A stretch of 64,000 nt of DNA from Octopus vulgaris (taxonomy: Eukaryota). The stretch lies in contig OX597835.1 of the NCBI GenBank assembly GCA_951406725.2, forward strand, positions 4,960,001-5,024,000. The letters run 5' to 3'. Made by a program: the position numbers and the translations under genes. The notes under the pieces were generated by a model that had not been told where the DNA came from, did no database searches, and saw nothing but the letters and a program-made list of their open reading frames with translations. This document shows, one piece after another, positions 26,301-42,300 of the stretch (the first letter of the stretch is position 1; every line of letters begins with the position of its first letter).

Positions 26301-29300
26301 CGGAATGCTTAGTGGTATTTCGTCTGTCTTCACATTCTGAGTTCAAATTCCGCCGAGGTCGACTTTGCCTTTCATCCTTTCGGGGTCGATTAAATAAGTA
26401 CCAGTTACGCACTGGGGTCAATATAATCGACTTAATCCGTTTGTCTGTCCTTGTTTGTCCTCTCTGCGTTTAGCCCCTTGTGGGTAGTACAGAAATAGGT
26501 ATACATACCAGCAAGCAAACTACTGACAGCCAAATGAATTGAACACAAATTTCTTGGTTGTATTGATTTCATCCAACTTTTGCAGATACTCCTTTGTTCC
26601 TCCATGTTATCAGAAACCTTATGAAGCAGTTAATAATGAGTCTCAAAGCCAGAACCAATCCTGTTCTTGTGCACAGGGTGTATGATGCATAAAAATAAAT
26701 CCATGAATTTAGGGCCAGTTTAAAAGACAAAACAAAAAAAGACAACATTACTCTCTCATACAGGCTAAGAGTTTTTCACTGGATGCCTTTGTTTCTCTTT
26801 CTCATCAGATGGTGTTTGTGGTTGTAAACAATCATTTCAAGGAGCAGATTGCTTTATAGAATCTCCACAAGTTGATGTAAAAGAATATTCTGATGATGGT
26901 CTATGCAACACCCAGACTTCCAAATGTGATAACATACATGTCTTTGGAGAATATTTCACTGATGTCTCTTCTTTCACCTGCAAATTAAAAGAAATTCAGG
27001 TATTGTCACAAATTTCAATTCTGAAAAAGACCAAACTTTTTTTTATAATTTTACTTGGAAGAAGAAATGTTTTTTTAAAATTTGAATAACTTTTTTGTTT
27101 TAGTCAAAATTAACATAACAGGAACGAAAAAGAATAATAGCAGTTAAAGATTTAACTTTTAAAAAATTTGTTTCATCTTTTTGAAAAATGTCCACAATAT
27201 GAAGAAATGTGAAGAAATGTTATGTTTACTAGTTTTTGGTGTTTACAGATGCTACCTCTTCCAACAGCATCTGTAGGTTGAGGTGGATTATTTTATGATG
27301 GAACCATCACTAAATAAGTTCTTTTCTATGAATTTGAACAAAAACTCTATGATATATTGGCTTTATCACAATGCAAGGAACTAAAGCTAGACACACTTCT
27401 ACGTATCTAAATTGTACTAAAGAATTGTCCAGTAATTCATTTTATTGACCTTGGATTGTTAATTGGATCAGTTGAACTTTGTGATATCAAAACTCTGGAG
27501 CTAAAGTCAAAGAGGAGAAGGTGTTTCGACTCCAGTATTTAAATGGTGTCTTTCAGGAAAACCTGCAGTGCTTTTATAGAATATTCAGTGAAAGAAAAAG
27601 TTCCCTAATGAGTATATAATGAGTATAGCTAAGGTAAAGAAAATCTGTCTTGGAACTTAGAACATAAAGAACAAATAAAAGAAAATATTTTGTTCATCAC
27701 TTCCACCAGTTCACACCTATTCTCAGGTATATTATATTATTGAGCTTGGGAACATCAAAGGCAAATTTGATGTTGGCTGGATTGGAAAACAACACAGACA
27801 TCAAATACTGGAACAAATACTGCAAAGTATTTGTCATTTGTGTTCTATTGTTTCTGCCGGCTGACTGCCATTGGATATCAATGAATACAAGGTGGTATCA
27901 AAAGGTTCTATGACTAGTTGTGTTTGATAACACAAAAAAAAACAAAACTTATTTACTTAGCGGTTTGGCAAAAGAGACCGATAGAATAAGTACTGGGCTT
28001 ACAAAAGAATAAGTCCCAGGGTCGAGTTGCTCGATTAAAGGCGGTGCTCCAGCATGTCCGCAGTCAAATGACTGAAACAAGTAAAAGAGTAAAAGAGTAC
28101 CTAAATGTTAACATCATCTCCTTCAAAACTGAAAACTGTCTCAGACCATAGTAACCTAGCCAACCTATTCCAGCTGTAAAATAAGGAGGATTCTGATGAC
28201 TTTCAGTTTTTGCCTTTTGGTGGAATTTAGTTATGTCAATAATCCTCATCATAAATAGATATTTGAAATCATTATTGCTATTTTATTATTATTTTGTTCA
28301 TAGAAAATAGAATGCCTGAACATGACAGCTGCAAATTCCCGTGGTTGTCTAGGATTTAATGTTCAGTTTAAAAATTTATTTCTCATCATCATCATCATCA
28401 TCATTTAACTTCTGCTTTCTACATTGGTATGGGTTGATATTTTGATGGGATGTACTGGTGAACTGCAGAGGTACATCAAACCTTTGTGTCAGCTTTAGAT
28501 TGATTTCTACAGTGTGTATTGGATACATATTTTTGGATACTAGCACAAGTGAGGCCAGCAAGTACCTTGGAAGACAAAGAAAGGAAACAGAAAGAGCCAC
28601 CCTCAATTGAGTGGGTATATATTTGAGAGAAAGGGAAGGAGGAGGCTTTATGCAAGGTGTTGAAGGTTAAATTATTAATAGAGAGAAAAGAATAGGTACC
28701 TTGCTATAGAAGAGATACATGGCTACTTTGTATTATATGAAGGTAAGTGAGAGTAGCTAGAAGGCAGATAAAGATGGTGTTGACAGGGTGCCAGAGTGTA
28801 CTCTCAGGGTATAAGAAGGTAAATCTAAGAGACGATATGGGCAGTTGATCAGGGGAAAAGAAAGGGGGTGTAATTTCATAAAAGTGTAAGAGGAGAGTGC
28901 CAGATGGTTAGAGATGGGGCTAGAGGTGGATGTTGTGAGTGAGATAAACTTATATTTCAATCTGGTTTCCCTCTACAGATACTCAATCAGACTTATCAGC
29001 CATTATCTTCCCCGGAGACCACAGTCAAGGCCATCTTTCTTGACTTCAACCACATTCTGTGTCCCCTTCCAAAACCGGCACAGAGTTACACATTTTCTAT
29101 TGGTGCTTTCAACCAGATATTTACTTCAAATTATGTTTTCCAAGCATATGATCCAAGATGTTTGACATGTACAGCTGCAGGGAACTGTTCTTTGCTTGTA
29201 AGTATTTAACCTTTTTTTTTTTTGTTCTGATATCGTCATCATCGTTTAATGTCCGTTTTCTGCGCTAGCATGGTTCGACCGGGGTCTGGGAAGCCAGGGG

Positions 29301-30109
29301 CTGCTCCAGGCTCCAGTCTGATCTGGCAGAGTTTCTACGGCTGGATGCTCTTCCTAACGCCAACCACTCTGCGAGTGTAATGGGTGATTTTTATGTGCCA
29401 CCTGCACAGGTGCCAGGGGGGGGGGACCGGCATCGGCCACGATCAGTTGAAGCTTTTAACATGCCAGCGGCACGGAAGCCAGCCAAGGCGGCGCTGGCAA
29501 CGGCCACGTTCGGATGGTGCTTTTTATGCGCCACCGGCACAGAAGCCAGTCGGGGCGGCACTGGCATCGGCCATGTTCGGATGGTGCTTTTTATGTGCCA
29601 CCAGCACAGAAGCCAAACGGATATTAGGCAAGGTGACAGTAATGTGTTTAATTTCTGATAGTCAATTGATTAAGAAACAGACAGATGTTTCTTGATTTGT
29701 AGAGTTTTTATTTCAATTAAAACATCCCATCCAAAATTTATCTTAGCAATGTAAGTTACATTCCAGACTTCACCTTAAAATGAAAACATATGGATTACTT
29801 TATTAATCTCTTCAAACTTCCTGGTTATTTAAAAAATTAAATGAAAGTAATTTAATTAGAAATACAATCACCGAAAAAGATGTATCAGTTCTTTGTTATA
29901 AATTTTAATTGATCATTTTGACATTTATAAAACATTATTAAATTAAAGGCGCAGGAGTGGCTGTGTGGTAAGTAGCTTGCTAACCAACCACATGGTCCCG
30001 GGTTCAGCCCTCTGCGTGGCATCTTGGGCAAGTGTCTTCTGCTATAGCCCCGGGCCGACCAAAGCCTTGTGAGTGGATTTGGTAGACGGAAACTGAAAGA
30101 AGCCTGTCG

Positions 30110-30162
<53 letters not shown>

Positions 30163-33100
30163 TTGTGTTTGTTCCCCTAGCATTGCTTGACAACCGATGC
30201 TGGTGTGTTTACGTCCCCGTCACTTAGCGGTTCGGCAAAAAGAGACCGACAGAAAAAGTACTGGGCTAACAAAAAGAATAAGTCCCGGGGACGAGTTGCT
30301 CGACTAAAGGCGGTGCTCCAGCATGGCCACAGTCAAATGACTGAAACAAGTAAAAGAAAAAAAAAAATTAATAAAAGTTTTGATGGTGTTGAAGTATCAT
30401 GTATGATAGGGTTGGGTCTTGTGAGTGAAACTTGATGAGGAGACATCTTTGAATTGCTTATTACTAGCTTTATTTTTTACAGTACTCTTAATCCATATCA
30501 CCCTATTTAACACCAGCTCTGGCCCCTGAGTGACTTTAGCTGGGTCCACTCTATTGCTGTATTTAGACGTGGTCTCTGATCTAAGGATAAATTTCTTCCT
30601 TTCCTCTCATCAGTTTTGGGGTCCTCAGGAAAAAAGGGCCACAGATGCCACCTACCTACCTTAAACTAAACCATTTAAAATGATTTGCTTTGTTTTGCAG
30701 AATGATCACTGCCTAATTGAAGACAAATGTTACAATTTCACTGACAAGAATCCACAAAATGACACACTTGTCTGTGACCCATATGTCAATGAATATGAAT
30801 GGTCTACATTCCAAGGTAAACACAGTTGTTGTTGTCGTTGTTGTTGTTGTTTATTCATTGATTGTAATCGTATGATACCCATTCACTCCTACTGTATGAC
30901 AACCTGGACAAATGTCTTATGTCATAATTTTAGATTTACTAAAATCTTTTGAATGGAATTAGATAAAAAGCAACCATTTTGGCAGAGGCCAGTTAGAAGG
31001 TTTGCTATTCCTGATCAAGCAGAGCTATGAACAAAGGGATTCCACCCATGACCATCCTGTTCTTTCTTTTTTTTTTTTCCATATTAAAAACTACGATGTC
31101 CATTGTGTCTTTCATTTTTATTGCAACTGTAATATGCAGTTACTATTTCTGGCATGTCAAGTTATGTAGTAAAGACTGACTCATTGGTTTGTTGTTGAGC
31201 AAGAATAAGGATTAAAGATATTCCAGCCTTGACCATCTCATCTAAAATTTAGAAAAAATCCAGCATTATGTTATCCATGGGTTCCCATTCTTATTTTTAA
31301 GATGGTAGGATATAGCATGTGGGATGAAGGAAAATTTGGTTGCAAGCTGATCATGTGACCACACTGAAATCTTCTTTAGCTCTCTCATAAGCTACCCTGC
31401 AAAGTCTTAAAGTGGTTGATCTTATGAAGGGCATCCAACCATAAAAGAAACAAGCCCAAACTGGAGAGAGAGAGAGAGAGAGAGCTGGTCATTGGATCCA
31501 TTGTGTTCAGTCAAAGTATTCAACCCATGCCAGCATGGAGAGCATATATAAAATCAAAACAGTAGTGAAGACAATTGTTCATGGCCTTTTCAAGAATATG
31601 AATGATGATTATAAGCAAACAGAAATGGTCCCAGTTATCCTTTGCTGACCAACCAAACAAGATTTGGTTTAATGGTCACTTTGCTAAAATCTTGTAGATT
31701 TCATTAAAGTTGTTGGCTGAACAGAACTGAGATCTTAGAATTTCTAGTCATAACTAGCTTAGTTCTGAGTCAGACATAATGTATCGAGGACTACATTGTC
31801 CAAAATGTTCTTCATTATGCAAGATGGTAAGGTTCAAGCAAACTTCTTAACTACAAAGTTATGACTACATCTATTTAAAAATTTTCTTATGTTGACCATG
31901 TAATTTCATTTAGCTCTCATTGTTTGTTTTTAAACCTATCAGTGTACCCTTACATCCGGGAACAGCCATCATTTAAGGTGGAAGTGAATGAAGAAGATAG
32001 TTTCAAGTTCGCCTGCTATTTTGTATACCCAAGGACTCCAGTAATACAAGTTTTTATCGAATGGTATATGGATTCATCTTTAATCAAAGTAGAACCCACC
32101 CAGCTTGGTCGATCAGTTTCTCTGCTATCAATTGAAAATATAAAAGGCATCAAATATGGTTCAAAGGTAATGTAAACACATCTGAAAGAATGAGTGTTGG
32201 TTAAAACTACCCAGGGTTTCCTGTTTTATGGCTGTTTTACCCCACTCATTCTTTTGTCATTCCACTCACTGATTATTTACTAATATTCCATATATAGCTA
32301 AAATCAAGTTTTACACCTGTTAGACTATGCTTCTCTTAAGAGACTTTATAAAATTAAAATAAAATTAGAATCATCTCCATACAACAGTCAAGATCAAGTT
32401 GTCTTGGTTTGTAGAATAGGTATACTGTATCCTTTTAACACTGTAAAAGCAGGAGTAAAGAGATGTGCAAAAGTCTGAGTATTACATAGAATGCATTTGG
32501 GTATTTTCCCAGCTCTGCATTCAAATTTTACCTTCGGAGTCATTGACTGAATGGTATCATGACTGGATGATGGACTGGTTGAATTGTTAGAACATTGGAT
32601 AGGATGTCTTGCAGTGTGTGTTCTTATGCTTTATCTTTTCACAACAATACTTCTGATGACTCGGGTACAAAGCTATATCAGCATAGGACAGGGACCTTTC
32701 TTAAATAAACATTGTGTGAAGAGGGTAACAATCATACCAGTGTTGACCAAGCTTGAGCCTACACGTGTTGATACATGGATAATTCTGACCCTTAAAACTG
32801 TATCAGTGGCCTACACAACTCTGCCTAGCCTTGCTGAATTAATTGCAAAACTATTCTATGGGGTATAATAAAAGGGTTCCAGTTCTGAGTTCAAGTAGGA
32901 AATGAAAAATCATTCCTGCTTGAAAAGCTAGAATCTTCACTGGTCAGCCAGTTGTTGTTTACCCCTAAACCAGTTCTTACTGAGCAGACCTATGATCAAA
33001 CGATTATTTTGACTCAATGTAACTATAACTGTGTTTTACCATGTTATGCACTTCATCTTTCGAGACTTTAGGATGTGACTTAAAGAGAAGTGGCAGCCAT

Positions 33101-35121
33101 TTCTAGCAATATAATTAACATATGTTTATTGATGTGAAGCTATGGGAAACTTCAACAACATGCATCGCTGCCACTTTATTTAATACTAATAACTCGTAAG
33201 ATATTGATAACTTATTTCAAAGAGAAGACAAAAGTCTCATTCAACCTGCCAGAAACAGCAACTACATATCCTTCGAATCACATCATAGCAGTCTAAATAA
33301 AATCATAAACATATTGGATAATATAATCAATGTATCTAAAAAAAAAAAAAAAGATAATGATCCTGACTGGAATATTTCTGTTTGTAAATCTGCTCAGTGA
33401 GAGCCAACTTGGGGTTAAACAACAAAAACATTCAGTCATTCATTTCTGTTGCAATATTGATTTCAAATTTTGGTACAAGGCCAGAAATTTTGGGGGAGAG
33501 AAAGAGAGCAGTCAGTGTTCAACTGATACTTATTTTTATCAGCCCCCAAAAGGATGAAAGGAAAAGTCAACCTTGACAGAATTTGAACTCAGAACATAAA
33601 GACAGACAAAATGCTGCCAAGTATTTTTCCCAGCATGCTGATTCTGCCAGTTTATTGTCCTAATCATCATCATCATCATCATCATCGTTTAACGTCCGTT
33701 TTCCGCGCTGGCACGGGTTGGACGGTTCGACCGGGGTCTGGGGAGCCAGGGGCTGCCCCAGGCTCCAGTCTGATCTGGCAGTGTTTCTACAGCTGGATGC
33801 CCTTCCTAACGCCAACCACTCCGCGAGTGTAGTGGGTACTTTTTACGTGCCACCTGCACAGGTGCCAGAGGGGTCTGGCATCGGCCACAATCGGTTGGTG
33901 CTTTTTTATGTGCCACCGGCACAGAAGCCATTCGAGGCAGGGTTGGCATCGGTCAGGTTCGGATGGTGCTTTTTTGCAATATTAAAAAAAGAATAAGGCA
34001 GCAAGCTGGCAGAATCCTTAGCAGACGGGGCAAAATGCTTAGTGGCCATTCGTCTGTCTTTATGTTCAGAGTTCAAATTCTGCTGAGTTTGACTTTGCCT
34101 TTTATCCTTTCCGGGTTGATAAAAATAAGTATCATCTGAGCAGTAAAATCAATTTTTTTGATTTGGCCCCTTCCCCCCAAACCTGCTGGCCTTGTGCCAA
34201 AATTTGAAGCCAATAATAAAACCAAATATTTCTTATAAATGCCCAAAATAATTCCAACGATGTGTTTCTTTAATTTCAGTTTTCTTGTGCTATGACTGCA
34301 TGCTTCAACAGCAACTGTTCCTTCACCCGAAGTCCTCCAAGACAAAGTAATGTTATTTCTGCTGAACTTGAGGTAACTTAAGCATAATTTCAATAATCAT
34401 TTTATGAGAATGTAACCTGCTGCCATCTAAATTAAGATTACTTTATTTATTAATAAATAATTGCTTCTCTTGTACATTGATAATATAGCCAGGACCGCAT
34501 CTCAAAGTCAAGCTATTTGAGGCCAGAAAATACATCAACCTTCATCAGTTATTGATCTTCAAAGTTCTGATGAGATCCATAATGGAGCATTGCTCCCCCT
34601 GTCAAGAAGGTCCTACTGTTGCCCACTAGGACTACTGTTGTGTCCTATATCACATCTAGAAAAGATCACTTGGCTGATTAGCATAAAGTTACTTCTAAAC
34701 ATACTTCAGCTACTTGCCCACAGATGTGCTGTATCCTGTTTCCCCCTTTTCTACCATTCCTCTATTGGCCCCTTGAACGATAAGCAGTCATGTAATCACT
34801 GCTTCAGCAAGACACTTGCATCTTTCCCTCTATCTTACTTACATATCCCTTGACACTATGCCTCCTCTCAGTCAAGTGATTTTTGTCTTGCAGATACATG
34901 GTCACCTCATCAGTGTTGGTGCCATGCAAAAAAGCACCCAGTACACTCTGTGATGCGATTGGCATTAAGAAGAGTATCTAGCTGGAGAAACCCTGTTAAA
35001 GCAGACAGTGGAGCTCAGCCTAGTCTCTCTGGTCCATTAGTTTATGTTAAACCATTCAACCCATGCCAGCACGAGAGAAGAATCTTAAAGGATATTCATG
35101 ATGTGTATTCATGATGCATGC

Positions 35122-35202
<81 letters not shown>

Positions 35203-37451
35203 GAGAAAACCTTGAATTATATTGAAATGTTTTCTATTGGCTGGACCAGGAGTTCATTGAGTTTGTTGTCCTGTTTAGACTGATACAATTGCAGTTGATG
35301 TTCTTGTTGATGCTGCAGGAAAAATACAAGCAGACAGGGATCTAGTGGGATGGCATTTGGGGAGAAAGGATTGAGTCTAACATTCTATCTTCCATTAATT
35401 TTCCCAAATTGACTTACTAAGGTAGCTTGGGAGAAATATAGATATTTTCATACTGTTAGAGCAATTGCTTTAACAGCTGACATATGTTTGTGATCCACTC
35501 AACCATGAGGTCATGGTAGGATTGTGTGCTAGAACTCATATCAAGCAGCTGTTATTAAATTCTTGTGAAATTTGATGAAATTTTTAATTGAGTTTATATT
35601 TGTTTTCTTAATTCTAGGTAAAGGAAAAGGAAATGGTGATAGAAGAAAGCACCACAAATAACTACATTCACGTCAAAAGTGTTATTCCACCAAAATATTT
35701 TTGCCCATCTTATACCAACACTTCATGTGCATTAACTGCTACAGTTTCATTCAAGAGTATGAAGAAATTAACATGTTCAGATAAAAGCAGTATCTACCAA
35801 ATGGTTGCTGAACCACAAAAGAAGTCGACAAAAGGATGTGGTTTTGAGATTAATTTTAAATGGACAGCAATTGCTGTGAGAGGCACAGCAGATGGTTTAT
35901 ATGATGGAAACCAATCCGTTATTATAAACCTTTTACCAGGAATTATGACGAGCACGGCAGAGATCACATTTGATAACCAATACCAGATTAAGGTAAGGTT
36001 TGTTCATCTAATGGACATAATATACAACAAGGAAATGAGATTATGAAGGACTATTTATGTTGTGTTTCAAGTTGCACAAAATAGATAGCTGCCAAACCAC
36101 CCTCACATCTGTGGTCTACTATCTCAAAAGAAAAGAATGGGAAGTTTAGTTGCGATAGTAAAAAGCACAAGAAAGTTTGTTGGTACTAATAGGAGCTAGA
36201 TGCACAATGGAACACTCCAAAAATGCAAGATACACTATGGCATCAAATAGTATAAGATACATGATGCTTGCACTAAATTCTACATACATACATTTTTGTA
36301 GATATCAGTGGCAGAGAAGCTGTGTAGTTATAGGTGTCTGATACTTATAGTAGTGTTAAAGAGTAGATGTCATAATATACTCTTTTACTCTTTTCCTTGT
36401 TTCTGTCATTTGACTGCAGCCATGCTGGAGCACTGCCTTTAGTCGAGCAAATCGTCCCCAGGACTTATTCTTTGTAAGCCTAGTACTTATTCTATCGGTC
36501 TCTTATGCCGAACCGATAAGTTATGGGGATGTAAACACACCAGCATCGGTTGTCAAGCGATGTTGGGGAGACAAACACAGACACACAAACACGTACATAC
36601 ACAGACACATAGATATATATACATATATACAATGGGCTTCTTTCAGTTTCCGTCTACCAGATCCACTCACAAGGCTTTGGTTGGCCCGAGGCTACAGTAG
36701 AAGACACTTGCCCAAGGTGCCACATAGTGGGACTCAACCTAGAACCATGGGGTTGGTAAGCAAGCTACTTACCACACAACCGTGAAAATAAAAGGCTGGA
36801 TTGTCATGGTTAGAATGCTTTGATCACATGTCTGCTGAAATTGAGGTGACTTAGGGCTAGAAAGCAAGACTTTTCAGCAGTAAATACTTATATCAATGAA
36901 GAAGATAGGAATGATATTTTACTTTTCTTCCACATTGAATGAAATCATATGGGAACTTTTATATCTCCTTACTTATCATACTGGAATAATCAAATTTGTT
37001 TTAATAATTATAAAAAAGAAAAAATGTTTGGAAACTTGTGGGAATTTTCATCTGCAAAAAATGATAATCTGAAGTTGCTGTGTTTGGATGAATTCGTGTG
37101 AGGTAGAGAGAAGAGGAAACTGAGATTATGTAATTAGCCATTCATTAAGGTTTATTTTAACGATTGTAATTTATTCAGAATTGTTTAAATGTCGGCTGAA
37201 ATAGTTTTGGGGTGGTCTATTCTATACAAATGCTGAAAAATACTATTTAGTGCCTACTAGTAATAAATATACTATACATAGGCGCAGGAGTGGCTGTGTA
37301 GTAAGTAGCTTGTTTACCAACCACATGGTTCCGGGTTCAGTCCCACTGCATAGCACCTTGGGCAAGTGTCTTCTACTATAGCCTCGGGTCGACCAAAGCC
37401 CTGTGAGTGGATTTGGTAGACGGAAACTGAAAGAAGCCTGTCGTATATATG

Positions 37452-37482
<31 letters not shown>

Positions 37483-39325
37483 TTGTGTGTCTGTGTTTGT
37501 CCCCCTAGCATTGCTTGACAACCGATGCTGGTGTGTTTATGTCCCCGTTACTTAGCGGTTCAGCAAAAAGAGACCGATAGAATAAGTACTGGGCTTGCAA
37601 AAAAAAGAATAAGTCCCGGGGTCGAGTTGCTCGATTAAAAGGCGGTGCTCCAGCATGGCCGCAGTCAAATGACTGAAACAAGTAAAAGAGTAAAAGAGTC
37701 TGGTGTCGAAAGTATCGTAGCAACAACATTGTTCTCATTCAAGGGGACTTAATGTTTTCACATCTGATTCGTCATGATTGTGATTGGAGGTTATCAATGA
37801 CACCCATAGCTGTTGCCAATAAGGGGCCCCCTAGCTATTTTTATTTGTTCTCTTGATCCATCCACATCTAAGAAAGCCTTAGTAATCAAACCAACATGGT
37901 TGCCTCTTTGCAGCCATTCAACCTGCTGGAAAGAACAGTTCACTCTGCCTCAGATTACACCAGCTCACATACTTTGAAAAGGAAATTAAGTAACGTTGTC
38001 CCAGATTCTCTGTTCGTAAGAGAAAAGATAGGATAATTATGGTTGGCATACTTTTGAAGACAAGTCTGCTGGATTAAGACCGGCCTTGGTTAAAAAAGGG
38101 AATGGTTGGAATGTCTTTGACTGTAGATTTGCTTTATCAAAGCTGATTTGGATTTAAACAGCTTCAACAACAACCCTTCAGAAACAAAAGAATGAGTGAA
38201 CATCTTTGCAGTTGTTCAGCTGAAGAGAAATAGCAGTTAAATCATCCTCAAATCAAACCCAACCATATTAAAAGGTAGTAGATAATATGGTCTTAAACAC
38301 ACTATCTCTAAGAACAAATGACCATAGCTTGGGTATACTATGGATTATAGATTCACTCAATCAGGTATGATCATGGGGCCAAACAACAACAGTATTTACA
38401 TTGGTTTTCTTTCCCTTTTCAGACAACAGTCGTTGACAGAGATAGAACAGCTTTGTGTAATTCTCTTAATGATCCACACATGACCACATTTGATGGACGG
38501 TAAGAGTTTAATCTTTACTCAGAATAAATAAATTTCAATGTTATGAGAACAAATCAATATGAAATCAATATGCTGGGCTTCACGCATGCAATGACTAATG
38601 ATTGAGGCCTGATTGAGGCTTTTGGCAATATGCTGCACTTGAGATGATGAGAGTATCATGTAATTAACCCCTGTGCTAGTGGTACAGAAAAAGCACCTTT
38701 TGGGCATTGGGCCTCATAGAGGCAATGACATGTGACCAAGACCTTTGGCAGTATTCTGTGCTTGAACAGAAAACCCATCAAGCAAAGTGAAATCTTAATT
38801 GTGGCAGATACCAGTGTCATGCAACTAACACTCATGCCAGTGGAACATAAAAGCTCCCATTGCACTCTCAGAAGGGTTAGCATTAGGAGGGCATCCAGCC
38901 ATAGGAACCATGCCAAATCAGACTGGAATCTGGTGCAGCCCCTCAGCTTACCAGCCCTGGTCAAACCTTCCCACCCATGTCAGCATGGACAACAGATGTT
39001 AAACGATGCTGATGATGATACAATATGTGCAGTTATTCCTTGCATCTTTATAAGCTGCTCAAGTTTGAGTCACAGAGTTTGTCATCAAGTACTTAGTGTT
39101 TATGCCAAAATACTCTTTTACTCTTTTACTTGTTTCAGTCATTTGACTGCAGCCATGCTGGAGCTCCGCCTTTAGTCGAGCAAATCAACCCCGGGATTTA
39201 TTCTTTGTAAGCCTAGTACTTATTCTATCGGTCTCTTGCCGAACTGCTAAGTTACAGGGATGTAAACATGCCAGCATCGGTTGTCAAGCGATGTTATGGG
39301 GACAAACACAGACACATAAACACAC

Positions 39326-39395
<70 letters not shown>

Positions 39396-42300
39396 GAGGG
39401 GCTTCTTTCAGTTTCCGTTTACCAAATCCACTGACAAGGCTTTGGTCGGCCCGAGGTTATAGTAGAAGACACTTGCCCCAGGTGCCACGCAGTGGGACTG
39501 AACCCGGAACCATGTGGTTCGTAAGCAAGCTATTTACCACACAGCCACTCCTGTGTCTATGTTCCATTATTTCTCAAATCATTTAAACAATTTTAGGATT
39601 CTTGAACAGGAATAGTGACCAGAATGTCTGAAACAAGTGAGAGTTGTAATGATCAGTTTCCTCAGCTCTCTGAGAAAAACACTGCAAGGTTGAACATGGC
39701 TACTTTTGAACCCTGGGAGTGTGTCTGCAAAATTCACAGTGGAGAGAGTTGAAGTTCCTTTCTAAGTTGAGACCCATCACATATATTGATTTCAAATTTT
39801 GGCACAAGGCTAGCAATTTCGAGGAGTGGGTAAGTTGATTACATCAACCCCAGTACTCAACTGGTACTTATTTTATTGACCCCGGAAGGATGAGAGGTCA
39901 TGTCAATCCTGGTAGAATTTGAACTCAGAATGTAAAGACAGGCAAACACTGCTAAGCATTTTGCCCGTCATGCTAATTCTCACAATAAACTTTAAATTGT
40001 AGTTTGGGATGATCATTTTGTCAATAAAACACAAGCACTTGTTGCAATTCATTAGTTATTAATCATTGTTGTTTTTTTCAATTAATTAATTAACAAACCA
40101 GCATATATGTTTTTCTTGGCATAACTCTGCCAAAATACATCAATATTCATTTTAACTCTTGTCTCATATCAACAATCTTATGAAACAAATGCAAAACCAA
40201 AACTGCCATCATTTAAAACCCATGTTTATTTATTTTCTTAGGAACTATGACAATTTCTATGAAGGTGAATTTGTTTTATACCGGCACAAAACATTACCAT
40301 ACGAAGTAAGTGTGTTGAATATATTAGTTATTGATAGTAATGTACTGTTCATGCACATTTGGCACCTTTTTTCTTATGAGGTGTACTGCACCTGAGCATT
40401 GTGTTTCGTGCAAGCCAAATAGCAAATTGGGGCCCCACAGTAATGTGTCAAAATTCCAAGAAAAAATTTTGCTTCGGCTGTAGTTATTGCAAACAGCTAA
40501 ATTTCTTTCTCTAGCATTGTATATAGTTCAATCTATGCAAGTTTATATACGAAAAGCAAAATAGGAATTTTGGAAGTATCTGTGAAATTAGTTTTTAAAC
40601 ATTGAATGGCTAATGGTGATCCACCAGAATGAAATATAAATCAAAGGGGTCCATATATGAAAAAAAAAAAAAAACAGTTGAGAACCACTGGTTAAAACCT
40701 TTTCTAATAATGGTTTCAAATTTTGGTACAAGGCCAGCAATTTCAGGGGATGGGGTAAATTGAATGCATTGAACCCATGCTCAGCTGGTACTTATATTAT
40801 TGATCCCAAAGGGATGAAAGATAAAGCTGACCTCAGTGAAATTTGAACTCAGAATGTAAAGACAAACATCATGCTGATGAGCCTTTTGTCTTGTGTGCTA
40901 ACAATTCTGAAAGCCCACTGCCTTAACCTTTTTCAATATCAGATCATCATTTAATGAAGTTTCCTTCTGTTTCTTTATTGCATATATTATCTATAGTCAT
41001 TCATGTCCCTGTCATATCGTTATTTAATTTCTTATTAAATTATTAACATTCATTATATATTTTCTTTTGACTAGGTTCATACATTTTATCGGAAATGCAA
41101 CAACCGTGCCAGCTGTAATTGCGGAGTCGCCATACAGTCAGGTCTTAGTGTTATTGTCGTTGATAAATGTAGCACTACAAAACAGAAGAAAGTACCACTG
41201 ACCGTTAAAATATATCAGAGTACTAAACTTGATCCACGTACCAAAATTATACAGTCAGTTAATGGTCAACAGTATGAGGTATGTAAAACATATATATATA
41301 TTTACAAGCAAATCGCCCCTCGTCCAATGGAGGATGGTGAGTTGTCAAACATTTAAACCAAATTTTCTCAAAACAACTTGTCCAACCGTCCCATAGGCCT
41401 CCCCTTTAAGAAACACTGATTTAACCTAAATTTGAGACACCAGTAAAAGAAGAAATAAAGATAGACTTTTTTATATTCCAAAGAAAAACGATTTTATTCA
41501 CACAATGCGTAGTATCGATTTCAATAGCTGATGTACTTGTGTGTACAAATGCATGTTCCCACGGCTTTATGGATCGCATTTTCACCTGGAATCGATTTTT
41601 CTAACTTTTTCAAGACTTATACACCCCCTGATACTGTCGGTATCTACATATCAAATTTGAGTGCAATTGGATGGAGGATGCCCGAAATCCTAGAAGACAC
41701 ACACACATACAGACAGAACGGATTTTATATAATAGATAGTCTATAGATGGGAGACGGATATTCTCTCTATAGAATACGCTATAAAATAGTGCTCAAGAGA
41801 TTTAAACTTGAGCAGGTAGAGGAGTAAATGTAAGGAAAAGCAAGTTTGTTAGGCAAGTTGATATACAAAAAATATTAAATAAATCTGATACAAAAAAATG
41901 TACATATGTTTGCATAAAAAAGGTCCGACTTGCACAGAATAGAAATGATATCAGGAATTAAAGGAGTTTCTGTGGGCTTGGTAGTCCAAAATAATCCTTT
42001 CTACTAAAGGCACAAGGCCTGAAATTTTGATAACAACAGATGACAGTGGACCCTAAAAAAATGGAGAAACTCTTAAAATACAACAATCTGGAAATAGAGG
42101 TAATATTGGGTGTTTCGTTCAACATCTTTAAACAAGCCTTATTCAGAGACATTTTGAGCAGGATGAGTTACTTGACCTGAAGAAAATTCTAACTGGGCCC
42201 CACCTGCAAGGTCATGTGCTGTTTATCTTGATATGAGATCACCATGTCGCGCACATATGGTTGTGATGCATGTGCCTGGTGTACCTTTATCAGACGGGTA

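Noticed and set aside
30816-31942. Possible gene boundary between modules 1 and 2
   Set aside because: Only 1.1 kb, bounded by a phase-compatible donor and acceptor; I saw no terminal exon or signal-peptide exon. Not formally excluded without transcripts.
34567-34595. CTGATGA plus hairpin hammerhead candidate
   Set aside because: GAAA box absent.
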